A stretch of DNA of 64,000 nt from Azolla caroliniana (Eukaryota; Plantae; Polypodiophyta), in contig JBHGNT010000004.1 in assembly GCA_043228905.1 (NCBI GenBank), forward strand, positions 23,808,001 through 23,872,000, written 5' to 3'. The notes beneath the pieces are model-generated. The model was not told the DNA's origin. It saw only the letters and a list, made by a program, of their open reading frames with translations, and searched no databases. Positions 20,300 to 32,500 of this stretch are shown here, one piece after another. Both the position numbers and the translations under genes were made by a program. Positions within the stretch are counted from its first letter, which is position 1. Every line of letters begins with the position of its first letter.

Positions 20300-20764
20300 C
20301 AAAACGAATGGTTTTATAATATCTTTACGGCCATTTTGTATTCTCGAATATTGCAAATATCACACATGGAGAATATCACGAATATCACGCATTTGTCAAT
20401 CTATGGTTGCGCCTATTTAGGCCAGAGTTATAAATAGTCCTAAAGTAATATTCGTATAAATATAACTAGGGGAAAACATTAGAAGTGAGATGTTCATATT
20501 GTTGTAATTTTGTGTGAGAGAGAGAAGTGTATCGCCTACATGCGAAGAAGACGAGCTCGAGGTCGTTGCCTATGAGACTCAATGTATATCTCTCATAGTG
20601 AACTGTTCAGAGTCTATGGGCTCTTGTGGTTTTTACCCGCTTGGGGTTTTTCCATGTTAACATCTGGTGTCTCCCGTGAAAGTAAATATTTTCTAATTTT
20701 CTAATTTTCTGTTTCATCTCCCTTGTGCATGAATCTCGGTTGTGGCCAAACCTTATTTTCTGCA
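20300..20764 (+). mobile_element. Probable partial copia-type LTR (left boundary uncertain)
   Basis: TATAAATA boxes and a GTGGTTTTTACCC..GGGGTTTTTCCATGTTAA U5-like motif. It ends ...CTGCA where the adjacent copia ORF breaks. Confidence 0.4.
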
Positions 20765-22229
20765 GTAAGTGGGTACAAATTATTGTACTTTATGCCATGG
20801 CCTATATGCAGATTGCCTTTTGAGATCAGCATGTCGGACCATTTTTTGCCAACATGCTGATGGAGATTAAACTCCTCTTTAGATTAGGTACGTGTTGGAC
20901 TTGGTGCAGGGTGATGGTGCTTCCATTTTGCAAGTGAACAAGTATTTCACCTATTCCAACGATTTTGTACTCTTGCACATTTCCAAGTCAGACTGAGCCG
21001 ACACTAGCTGAATAGTTCGAAAACCATTCTGTTTGGGAGGTCACGTGAAAGGTGGCACCCAAATCAAGCTACCACGTTCGTGCATCTTGTGCATTGTACA
21101 GGATTTCGTCGGTCGACAAGCCTTCTAATAAGAGGGCTTTTGTCAACAGTGATTTGGCAACATGAATATTGTTGCCATCAGATGATTGATTCAAGTCAGA
21201 AGAGCCTACGTTCCGCTCAAATTTTCTACCTAGATCTCATTTTTATTTAATGAGAAGCAGTCGGCAATTTGGTGGCCCACCTTCCTGCAATGTGTGAAGT
21301 AGGCGTTTGAAGTTCTTCTGACAATACCACCCTGATTGCTTCATCGAGCGTCAGCTTCGTCAAGTTGTTGGTGATAGTCGTACAGAACACTTCCCAACTC
21401 ATCGAGAGGCTCGAAAGGAGTGCAAGTGCCTTGATTTCTTCCTCGAAATTCACACCTTGCAAGGAGAGTTCGATCACCAACCGACTAAAGGTTTTGATAT
21501 GGGAGGTTGTCGGTTCTATCTCCCTCATCTTCATATTGAATAGTTGTCAAATCAAGATGAGTTTGGAGGAGCCCGACTTCTTTTTGTATATCGATTGAAG
21601 TTTCTCCCATAGGGCGAATAGAATCGACTCATTCACCATGTTGAAGTAGACGTTTTCGGTGAGATGCATTTGGATTATCGATCTCGCAATCTCGACAAGA
21701 AACTGTTATTCTTCAACTGTCATCGTCGACGGTTTGTTGTTGTGCCTGATCGCTTTGATCTGGCATCTGATGATCAACACATCCTGCATCATCTCCTTCC
21801 AAGGGCTGAATTTTTGTCGTCGAACTTTCTGATTTCACAACCTATACCAGATGTTGAAGCCATTGTTCTTTTGAAGGTGATTATCAGCCTGGTTTTTTCC
21901 TTCAAAGCTTTTGCTCTTCTTATACTGACGCTACTTAGGTTCTAGAACACTCAGATACCACTTGATGACACTTGTAGTGTCTAGTCGACTGATATATGCA
22001 AAAGCAAGTGTGGATCTTGTTGTGGAACTTCGCAAGACGTAGGGTAAGCGTGAGACAATATGTGTATTGTTCTGCTACAAAATATGCAAAGAGAGAGAGA
22101 GAGTTACACAATGGTTAGGCAAAAGTAGATTTGTATATTCATTTGTCAGTTTGTACAAGGAGAAATTCCTTCTAGTTATACAAGAGGGAACTAAGCCCTA
22201 ACTACAAGGAATGTTCACACTAAGGTACA
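20765..22229 (-). mobile_element. Degenerate copia related to element D (LTR ~21963-22229, PBS 21949-21960, gag-protease)
   Basis: PBS TGGTATCTGAGT. Gag reads MASTSG..IRKFD...WKEMMQD and ALLSSLSMSWEVF, with frameshifts and stops. Confidence 0.8.
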
Positions 22230-22249
22230 ATGGTCGGAGTTGGACTTCT

Positions 22250-22760
22250 AGGCCAAAGGGAGGAACGGGATGCCCGTGAACGGAAATCATGGAACTACAA
22301 GTCAGGTGAGCGTGATGGTGTCAAATATTTGCCGGAAAACACGTGAAGCGCCCGAAAGAGCAGGCCTTGTGGACTGTGAGAGGGCTAGAACCCGTAAATG
22401 GAAATCTGGAACTCCAAATCAGGTAAGTGTGATAGTGGCATGCGACTGTGAGAGGGCTAAAACCCGTAAATGGAAATCTGGAACTCCAAATCAGGCAAGC
22501 GTGATGGTGCCGCATGTCAGCTAGTGCTGGCCAAAGGGAGGAATAGGATGCCCTAAACAGAAATCTTGGAACCGCAAGTCGGATGAGCGTGTGATGGTGT
22601 CAAATGTGTCGGGCAGAAAACACATGAAGCGCCAGAAAGAGCGTGCCTTGTGGACTAGGAGAAGTCTGGAACCGTAAATTGGAAATCTAGAACTCCAAAT
22701 CGGGTAAGCGTGATGGTGCCACATGTCAGCAGTTGCCAGTCCAGAGGGTGGAACAGTTTT
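22250..22760. repeat. Minisatellite-like array, right part, just upstream of the GRAS gene
   Basis: About five copies of the CCGTAAATGGAAATCTGGAACTCCAAATC...GTGATGGTG core with GGCCAAAGGGAGGAA spacers. Confidence 0.8.
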
Positions 22761-23093
22761 CTAATATTCCTGGGCCATGCCCTCAATGGATATTTACATA
22801 TGTGTTACGTGTATGAATGACTTTTGGAAATTAGAACGCCTAACCCTAACCCTAACCCTAGATTCTCCTCCAGCCCCAGACCTGAAAGCCGATGATGACC
22901 CTCTGCTGATGAATAGGAACCCAGTCCCTGTAACCCTAGAATATAGAAGAGGTAATGGAGAGTGATCGATGAAATAGAAAGTAAAATAAGACAGTGGAGG
23001 AGATGCAGATTGGAAATGGAGACAGTCTCTGAAAGTCAATGGTTTCACATCTCAGTAAGCAACTTTAGTTAAAACAAGCCTCAACTCAAAAGA

Positions 23094-25631
23094 ATGCAGA
23101 GCTTTGCAGAGGAGGAAGGGGCTATGGCGACCTTCCTTTCAGAACAGGTATGGTTAAACCAAGAGAAACACAAAGAAGAAGAAGAAGAAGAAGAAGAAGA
23201 CCATGTCTACTCTTCTTTGTCGTCATCTTCCCATTCAAATTCTGTTAAGGGATCAGAAATCGAACCTGTACTATCACCAGAAGACAGCTTTAATGACCCT
23301 GTTCTACAGTATATCAATGAGATTCTTATGCACGAAGATAATTTGGAAGATCAGATATGTATGATGCAAGAACGTATCCTTCATCATGCCAAGCAGAAAG
23401 AGCTTTCTGATTGTATAATTAAGGGTTCTGATCAGAAAAATATCTCTTTCCTCGAGGAAGAACGAGAATTCCCTGTACTTGCAGAGAATTACGAGGCTGA
23501 AGCGGACATGGCTTCATTAAAAGATTTTGCATGGATTCAGTCTTCAGCAAGGGATATGATCTCACCGTGGCCTCTTCCTTCTAGATCTGTTGATGATGGG
23601 AATGAGATGTGGCAACACAGAGGTCTAAGTGATGGTAATGAGCTAAGGAAACAGAACAGTAGTGAAAACTGGTGGGTGGATGAGCTTCTTAACATAATAG
23701 ATGAGAAGCCACAGGTTGAAAACAATGATGCTCGTAAAGAAGTTCAGGTTCATGGCTATAGTGGCTATCCTCATCTTCAAACACCCCCATCATCTTCATC
23801 ATCATTGTCCTCGTCGTCAACCACATCATTGTCATCCTCCTCCTCATCTTTATCGTCAGCAACCACATCTTCTTCATTTTCGTCTTTGTCCAGCAGTTCT
23901 TCATTACCATACCATGTTGCCCAACCAGATCCATGGTCACCATCTAGTTGTAGTTCTTTATCATCGTCATCTAGTGTGGATTCTCGTGGTAAACGTAATG
24001 ACATCAAGAATGGATTTTCCATGGAATCTTTGGCACAGAACATGAATCTAGATTTTACTGGTAACCCTGATGCAAAGAAAACATATATTTCATATGTGAA
24101 CAAATCTCTAACAAGATCTGTGAATAGAAACGTAGAAGCTCCTCCGATGAGAATAATAAGCCACGCACATTTAACGTCTGATGGTGGGAATAGATACAAG
24201 CGAGCCGCTTTGGTACTCGATCCAATATCCAATGAAAACCTTCGATGGCCACGAAGTGTGGATTTTGCTCCTACACATGATAGTACAATGGACCGCAATG
24301 TTTCAGTTTCTAGCCAGGTAAGTGAAGAATCTGAGGTATTATCCTATGTTAAAAACAAGGATTTGAATGCAGAAATGTATGCCAATGTGCTTAATCATGG
24401 GTTAGATATGATAAAGGCTGACTTGTATAAAATAAAGCCCCCATCGGCCCCAAATAAAGGGCGAAATGCTCAGAAATTAGCAACCACAGCTGATTTGATC
24501 AGTCTATTACTGAGTTGTGCACAAGCTGTCTCAGCAAGTAATGCCCGAAGATCCCAAGAGATTCTCAAAGAGATTCGGCAAGATTCCTCTCCTTATGGTA
24601 GCGATGTACAACGCTTAGCTCATTATTTTGCTGAAGGTTTAGTCGCCAGACTCTCAGGAACAGGAGGACAACTGTATACGGCCTTAAGAACCAACAGGCC
24701 ATCAGCTGCAAAGATGCTCAAAGCTCACCATCTCTTTGTCGAAGTTTGCCCCTTTGTTAAGGTATCACACTATTTTGCTAATAGGGCAATTGTTAAAGCT
24801 GCAAAAGGGGCTTCTAGGTTGCATATAGTAGATTATGGCATTTCATATGGATTGCAATGGCCAGCATTAATTAGTGCTCTTGCTGAGCGTGAAGGTGGAC
24901 CTCCAAGTCTTCGAATTACAGGGATTGAGTTACCTCAACCACAAAACTCATCAGAAGGACTCGAAATGACTGGGCGGTGTTTGGCAGAATATGCTAGAAC
25001 TTATGGAGTTCCTTTTGAATTCTGTCCCATTGCTACCCAATGGGAGAATGTTGATGTACACACATTACAGAAACGGCCAGACGAAATTCTTGTTGTAAAC
25101 AGCATCTTCCGTCTCCGCCACCTCTTTGATGAAACGGTTCTCGCATCAAATCCTCGACAGGTAGTCCTGAAGAATATGTTTGATATGAAGCCAAAAATTT
25201 TCACCCAAGGAATATGTAATGGGAATCATAACACTCCCTTTTTTATGTCGAGGTTCAAGGAAGCTCTGACTCTCTTTGCGAGTAAATTTGACATGTTTGA
25301 GACGACAATTAGTCGTGATAACCAAGAGAGGATGATGATAGAAAGGGAGATCCTGGGTAGAGAGATCCTTAATGTTATTGCTTGTGAAGGGCAAGAAAGA
25401 GTAGAGAGACCAGAGCCATATAGGCAATGGCAGAATAGGATACAAAAGGCTGGCTTTGTGCAGATTGCTTTGGATCAAAGCTTGATGAGGGATGTTCCAA
25501 CTATTGTGAAACGAAAATATAACAAGAACTTTAGTATAGATCAGCATGGGTGCTGGATGTTGCTAGGTTGGAAAGGTAAAGTTCTTCATGGTCTATCTTT
25601 GTGGAAACCTGGCAACCACAGCATCAATTAA
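23094..25631 (+). CDS. GRAS transcription factor, LISCL (SCL9/SCL14-like) subfamily, intronless
   Basis: 845-aa ORF with the N-terminal VLQYINEILM motif, LLLSCAQAV, QRLAHYFAEGLVARL, LHIVDYGISYGLQWP, NVIACEGQERVERPE and a terminal LSLW (SAW) motif. Confidence 0.95.
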   Translation: MQSFAEEEGAMATFLSEQVWLNQEKHKEEEEEEEEDHVYSSLSSSSHSNSVKGSEIEPVLSPEDSFNDPVLQYINEILMHEDNLEDQICMMQERILHHAKQKELSDCIIKGSDQKNISFLEEEREFPVLAENYEAEADMASLKDFAWIQSSARDMISPWPLPSRSVDDGNEMWQHRGLSDGNELRKQNSSENWWVDELLNIIDEKPQVENNDARKEVQVHGYSGYPHLQTPPSSSSSLSSSSTTSLSSSSSSLSSATTSSSFSSLSSSSSLPYHVAQPDPWSPSSCSSLSSSSSVDSRGKRNDIKNGFSMESLAQNMNLDFTGNPDAKKTYISYVNKSLTRSVNRNVEAPPMRIISHAHLTSDGGNRYKRAALVLDPISNENLRWPRSVDFAPTHDSTMDRNVSVSSQVSEESEVLSYVKNKDLNAEMYANVLNHGLDMIKADLYKIKPPSAPNKGRNAQKLATTADLISLLLSCAQAVSASNARRSQEILKEIRQDSSPYGSDVQRLAHYFAEGLVARLSGTGGQLYTALRTNRPSAAKMLKAHHLFVEVCPFVKVSHYFANRAIVKAAKGASRLHIVDYGISYGLQWPALISALAEREGGPPSLRITGIELPQPQNSSEGLEMTGRCLAEYARTYGVPFEFCPIATQWENVDVHTLQKRPDEILVVNSIFRLRHLFDETVLASNPRQVVLKNMFDMKPKIFTQGICNGNHNTPFFMSRFKEALTLFASKFDMFETTISRDNQERMMIEREILGREILNVIACEGQERVERPEPYRQWQNRIQKAGFVQIALDQSLMRDVPTIVKRKYNKNFSIDQHGCWMLLGWKGKVLHGLSLWKPGNHSIN

Positions 25632-28600
25632 TATTTGTCACCGCTACTTGTTCTCAATTATTATATCAGTCTGTAAATTGGGCCTGAGGATGTTGTAGGG
25701 TTGTAAATGCAAAAGTTTATTAATGGTCTATCTATCTGTAAATGGCCGTAAGTGCTCATAAAGTGTACTGAGATGTAAATACTTCTATCTTTGTTGATGG
25801 TATGTCCCTCAATTGCAATCCACATCTGGTTTTCTCTTATTTTACAAACTAGAAATGGGGTTTTGTGTGCGCATGCTATACCTGTACATGTACATGCATT
25901 TGTGGATGTTCTAATATCGAATGCCAACTTTAGCCATAACCATGGAACAAGTACGTATAACTTCCATGATCATAAAGTACTGCTAGATGAGATGAATATA
26001 TGGCGGTTTTCATTAGATATATATTCCAATCTGATCTGAGGGCATGGTTTGTACAGCATGTTATGTAAGCATCGAATATCATCATTTCCATGCCAAGTGA
26101 AGTGATTTTACAACAATTATGAGCAGCTGATTTTGGGGTCATCGCAGCACAAAATTTGATGATGAGGATTCAAGAATGTTAATTATCCTGAATAAACTTC
26201 ATAGGTCATTTCTGATATGTAAAGTTATTTTCGTGGCATGTCAGATTGTTCAAAATCAAATAGAACTGTTAGCTCTTGTATTCTTGGATTCAGGTAGAGA
26301 AGTGGGGTGGATATTGCCTTAAAGGTGCATCCAAGTTGGTCATCTACTTTGGAGCAATTTTCTTCGAACCTAGAAAGCAATTCAAGGTCAGTACATTTTG
26401 ACAAGGCATATGGTAAGATCGGATGGAGTGTTATTTCATAACATTGGAAACAACATAAAATCTCTGGTAAGTGTAACTATGTTGCTAACGAAATCTTTCT
26501 CAAATCTTTCATAACACAAGGTTGTATGCCCATTCTTCTATCTCCTTGCTAGTGTATAAAGAAAACTCCTTTGATGGCCCATTGAATGTGCAGCCAAAGC
26601 CTGAAACATTTCAACCAATTCATTTCACTGAATTTCAAGCAACAAATTTTGCAAATAAAAATGTGTCCCATGAATATCGAAGTGCATACAACATAGATCT
26701 AAGTTTGTCCACAAATCTTTATCATGTCATAGTACTTTCATCCATCAACTTTGTAACTTCGACAATTTACTATATCGATGATATCCCTCTTTAACGTATG
26801 GTTGGACTTTGTATTGTAATTAAAAAAATATGACTTTGGTATTAACACGAAAATGTGTTTTGATTTGAGGCAGCAGTTTTAATATCCACAATGTGGGAAA
26901 ATGTTGCAAACGAAATTTATTTTTTATTACCTAGTACACAACGTTTATGATTGTCTTAGTCATCCATAAGTTTGCAAACAGGACGTTTTATTCCGACTCA
27001 TACGACTATTACAGTATTAAAGGCTGCAAAGGCTACTTAGTTGTTTAGACAAGCCTTGCACAACATAGTCCACTAATCAATATTGCAGCCTAATATTAAG
27101 TTAATGGGTAAATTTTACATGAAATATTAAATATACTAAGTTTGAGAGTGATTCTTATCATGACTTAGAAGACATATGAAAGCCCCAACGGAGGCTTCTC
27201 ATTTATACATACCTTGTATCAATTCCATAATTTGCTAATAAAATATTGTTGCCCAATACTAACTAGTCTGAAACTTAAGATGTTCTTCAACTTTAATATG
27301 AAATATCGTCAATATGCATAGCACTTCAAAATTATATGTTGTGAAGTGCTAACATAACAGAAATATATACAAAAAACTGTCTCAGATCACATACCATTGT
27401 CAATCAATCCACCTTAAAAAGATGTGCCTGTATACACATCCTTGGAGGAAACATCACTCAAGACCAATCCTTCCTAAAACTTAGTCTCATTAAAATCAAT
27501 AAGCACAATACAAGTTAGTTTGGTTTCTCTTCCAATTTTTACCTAGTTTTAAATAGTCAATTAGCAGTAGAGTGATCTGTGTTTCATTTATGGAGTTCTA
27601 CAATGTCCACATCTAATTAACACCAGCTTTGGTTATGTATATAATAAACACGTTTCACCTGCTAAATCTATTAAATTGCATAAATAATACCAACCATCAC
27701 TCTAACTTCCCACTACTATCAAAGAACTCCTTGACATTTCTCTCAACATGTAACCTACACATTATTTTTTGTTCATGTGCATATATTATCATCCTCTACA
27801 AAAATTTTAGGGTTAGGGTTTGTCTTGCAACCTCTCTCTATAGGGTCAACCTGATGCACACATGAGCAAAAGATATCGAAGAAAAAAACATGGATAACTA
27901 AAATCATGAATTAGGAGTAGGGTACGACCCTGAAGGACGAGACATAGATAGAGACACTAAGGCAAGAAAGCATCTTGAGAGCTTCACTTTGTGATCATTG
28001 TATTTGCAGGAGAGGGCAAATATTGATCAAAATTACTTGACCAGACAGGAAGATGTTACCCCATTAGATTTCTGTAAACTCACTGACACAATTAGACTTC
28101 GAGATCAAATACATGGTTCAGAAAAACAAGTTCACAACTACTTCAGAAACGTTTTCACTCAATCACAACAAAGTAGATGATGTCTCACTTCTCATATACT
28201 CAAAATATAATATATGATTCCAAAAAACTATAGAGGTTAGTGATATAGCATTGCAACCATCATAAATTACATGAACTACCCGAAATATTTTCAACATACA
28301 AAAAATTATCTATTCATTACCAATCCGATGGATCAAATCTAACCTAGTAGACCTAGATGCACGTGAGTATTGAATTGGATTGAGACCCAATGCAGCAGAA
28401 AAGCCCAAAACATTCATATCGACTGCACACCTTGCACATGCAAATGCTTCCCGTGCAAGGTAACTTACATTAACTGCAACTTATTACACTCTAGAATTCA
28501 TTTCACAAACAACACAACCAATTATATATTGGTACACACTTTTGAACCACTCGAACAATTCACAAATTCTACCTACTTATCCTACCCAGTGAAAACCTAC

Positions 28601-29321
28601 CTATTATAACATTTAGCAATTTCCAGGATTTCAAAATTGAAGGGAGACATTTGGCAACATTTTAAAATTTGCTGAATTATTTTTATCCAAATTGAATCTG
28701 GATTAAATTGAAGTTCTTTTTCTTCAATAGTAGAGACATTCTTCTTGGAATATTTGCCACTTATTAGTCATTTCAATCACATGTACATAACAACAAAGAA
28801 ACCCAACATAACATGGACCGATTGAGAGAGAGAGAGAGGAGTGTCAGCTGATAATGTTATCTGGCAATGGCAGGAACATAATTTGTTCAACCACATCATT
28901 CCAAGATTGCATCTAACAAATAAGTGCTGATAGGATTTCGACCTAGCCCTCAGATTCGGTAGCCGCTAGCATTTACCAAATTGCTACAATTAGGTTATGG
29001 GCAATGAGAAGAATAGCATAATTAGTCCGATTGGACCCGAAGCAGGCAACCCCACCAGAACTATAGCATTGCCACTAGCAAAATTTGCAAGAGATTTAGA
29101 AACCATGTGAATGGGTGAGAAACCCCAACACAAGCTGCAACAGTTATAGCAATTTGTGTGTGTATGTATGTATGTATGAATGTATTAAGTATCCGGATTC
29201 AAATCAAGGCATGTGACTACAGTAGCGTAAACACAGTATGCAGGCAGATTTCTATAGATTGGCTCATTATGAAGAAACCAAAGGTTGAGATTCGGAGCTG
29301 AGATTCATAAAAATATGCATG

Positions 29322-29547
29322 GCACCACACCAGGACTGTTAGCACTCTCAGGAGTATGTATGGTGGCCATTGATGATTCTCACACCATCAGGACTGTTAG
29401 CACTCTCAGAGTATGTATAAGGCCATTGATGACTGTCACACCACCACGACTGTTAGCACTCTCAGAGTATATGTATGAGGCCATTGATGATTGTCACACC
29501 ACCAGAACAGTTAGCACTATCAGAGCATGAGTGCATTGACCATTGAT
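29322..29547. repeat. ~57-bp tandem repeat x4 in the 3' UTR region of the 5-phosphatase gene
   Basis: CACACCA.CAGGACTGTTAGCACTCTCAGAGTATGTA..GGCCATTGATGA units. Confidence 0.9.
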
Positions 29548-29573
29548 TCGATTGATGATGGGACTTTGTTTGT

Positions 29574-32500
29574 TCACCAAGGACTGAGTGAGAAGACGGC
29601 CTGAACAGGCCTGTGGTCAGAGCTCTTTATGGAATCGATGGCGTCGTAGTCACACATGGCTACTCTGAAGCAGCATCCCCTGCCTTCTTTCACTCGATAC
29701 AGTATCCGATCTGTCCATGAAGGTACCCTCTCCTGCCATAAAACAACATACAATTAACACATTCCGATAATCAATATGCATTTACAGCAACAAAATCATA
29801 ACCGTTTCCCAGACTGGTTTCTAAATCTCTCGCAAAAATAATCCCTGTTCCCTAAACCCTGGTTCTTTCTTAAGAAATCTAATTTGTCTTCGGAAAAGAA
29901 AAGTCCTGATCATTGCTGAGTAAGCGATAACCATAGCAAAAATAATCCCTGTTCTTTGGTGGATAAACCCTGATATTATATCTACAAGAACCCCTAATCT
30001 TTGACGGACGAATTCCTAACCTTTGCAGAAGAAAACCTAAACTTCTCACAGAAAAGACCCCGATTCTTCCCTAAAGGATACCGCAACCTTTTCGGACGCC
30101 TTGATCTTCTTACGTTAGGGAATCCTGAGATAATTCCTTTCCATCACTGGAATGTCTCAAAAAGACGCATTACAATGATCATTGAAAACAGGTCAAAGCA
30201 AAACCCTAATCTTCGGAATTGTAAGGGTCCTAACCTTACCAGAACTTTTATTGAAAGCCTAAAATGATCTCACGCATTAAACTGTTCGTTGCTATAGGTT
30301 CGACGAAAAACCCTAATCTTGTAAAAAAATAAGAGTTTCTGACCTTAGAAATGTTATTGAAACCCTAAAACGATCTCTCAGTACACAAACCTTGGGGCTC
30401 GTGTCGTAGTTATCCGTGCCCACATCATACTTATATGTGGGACGAAAAGACAGGGGACCTTCACGAAACCCCCTGAAAACATTCCCTTTCTCAATCTCTC
30501 TTGATAGTTGATCCCTGTGCTTCAGACACTGATAAGTAGATCAATGAAAAAAACCAGTTACTTAGTTCTGAAGTTCAAAATTCAACCAGAGAAATAAACC
30601 AGAAAAAAAACACATCACATTCAATACAATTTAATGAGAAAAATAACAGTAAAAGCTTTCATTTAATTTAGGGTCTTTCCGAAACTGACAGAGATAATAA
30701 GCCCTCAATTAAGAAAAAGGCAGGGGAACACTGATTTATTTTATTCACACACACGCATTCAAATAATCGCGTCTGTGGTAAATATCGAGATATGTATGTA
30801 TGTACATATATGCAACAGCCAATTCGAGATGTTGAATCAAAGAAATTTTAAATTCAAAAAAATGAAGACTTAAACTGTGGAGTGAGTATCGAGGTGATAC
30901 CATTAAATTCAGTGAAAAATACAATACACTAGAGTTCTATAACTTATGATGTTTAGTTTCTCTTGCTTTTATATGCACAGTTTCCAAGGATGCTATGCTA
31001 AGCTTGCTTGCATATATACACAATTATGATATATGTATGTATATATATACACACACCTGGCTTAGACAGAGAGATACCTACATACCTGCGCATTCGCTTT
31101 CCTCTATTTCTTCTACATATCTTTGCGTCTACCATTCATTAATAATATGCATACATGAATATATACATATATATATAAACAAACACATACATTCATTAAC
31201 TGAAATAAGGCACATATGTGTTATGATTGATGTACACCTGCTGCTCACTCTTTTTTCTCTTGGGAGTCGGTTGTTTTATGTCTTCAATGCACACATTCCA
31301 ATACTGCTTCTTTCCCTCTCTCTCTCTGTCTCTCTGACAGATACTAGAGTGGCTCTATGTATATACATGTATAATGTAGGTAAGTATAATCGCCCAAATC
31401 GTAAAGGTCTCCTACTAACAAGATCTTCACCATTTGTGTCTTTTCTTCATGGATTGAATTTTCCATTGATAATAAGTCTTTTGATATGACAGACTTCTAT
31501 AATATATATGTACATACATGCTATGTACCCTGTAGAACATACATTCATATATTTACATACTTCAGAGGAAAAGAAAATTAGACTGATGGCATTCAATGTA
31601 TAGCCTTTACCTTTATACATCATAAATATGAACAAATATATATGCATGCATACGCATACATGTATACATTATAAAAATCCACATCCCTACGCATACAGTA
31701 TGTAGGTTTGTATCTCTCCATTGGGTATGTACATGATGTGAAATTGTGAACGAATGAATTGTATATAGATCTAATGAATCAAAACGCTAGTTTGTTCTAC
31801 ATCATGAATTAATATATACTGCACACATCTCTGACCTCACACTTAATACAAAAAGTGTTAAACTGTTTTAAAGAAGGATAAATTGTGTATATTGAAACTT
31901 CCATATTGATATTCATTTGTGTGAGATACTTAGAATTTTCAAGTCAGGACTCAGTTCCCACACTTCTAAAACCTACTACTAGTATTTGTCAAATTAGGAA
32001 GAATAGCATTATCAATTTTACCGTGTACCGATTTTGATTGATAAGATCATCGACTCGATTCCTATTGTCTTGTATTCGATAGTTTAGGTCACCGAGCCAT
32101 ACAACCAAATCTGAATCCTCGAAAGCTCTTTTACTACCATTGATTTTACAAGTACTAGCACTTTCATCTTCCATGGAAATTTTCTTTAAACATGCTGGCA
32201 ACCTGGGTGGAGGAGTTTTCGGACAAAATAGAGATTGACTGATCCTCTGGAATTCCGAATTCCTTTCCTCGACATTGCTCTCGTGAGCTGCTCTGAAACA
32301 CAGCTTATGAGATCAATTCCCATCACAAATTTGTTTCAAAGCTTGCAAAAAAACATATGTGACATAGCCAGCCCTTTTAATCAGCATTTAGTCTCCTCTT
32401 AGTCCCATACCCATTACACCTTCATCAATCAGGTCTCTTAATCTCTCTCAAGACAGCCTTTAAGTGAGCCATCAAATGTTCACTATTCAAGTGGGTATTA

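Noticed and set aside
29322-29547. CRISPR-like array
   Set aside because: The context is eukaryotic and the units are contiguous with no unique spacers.
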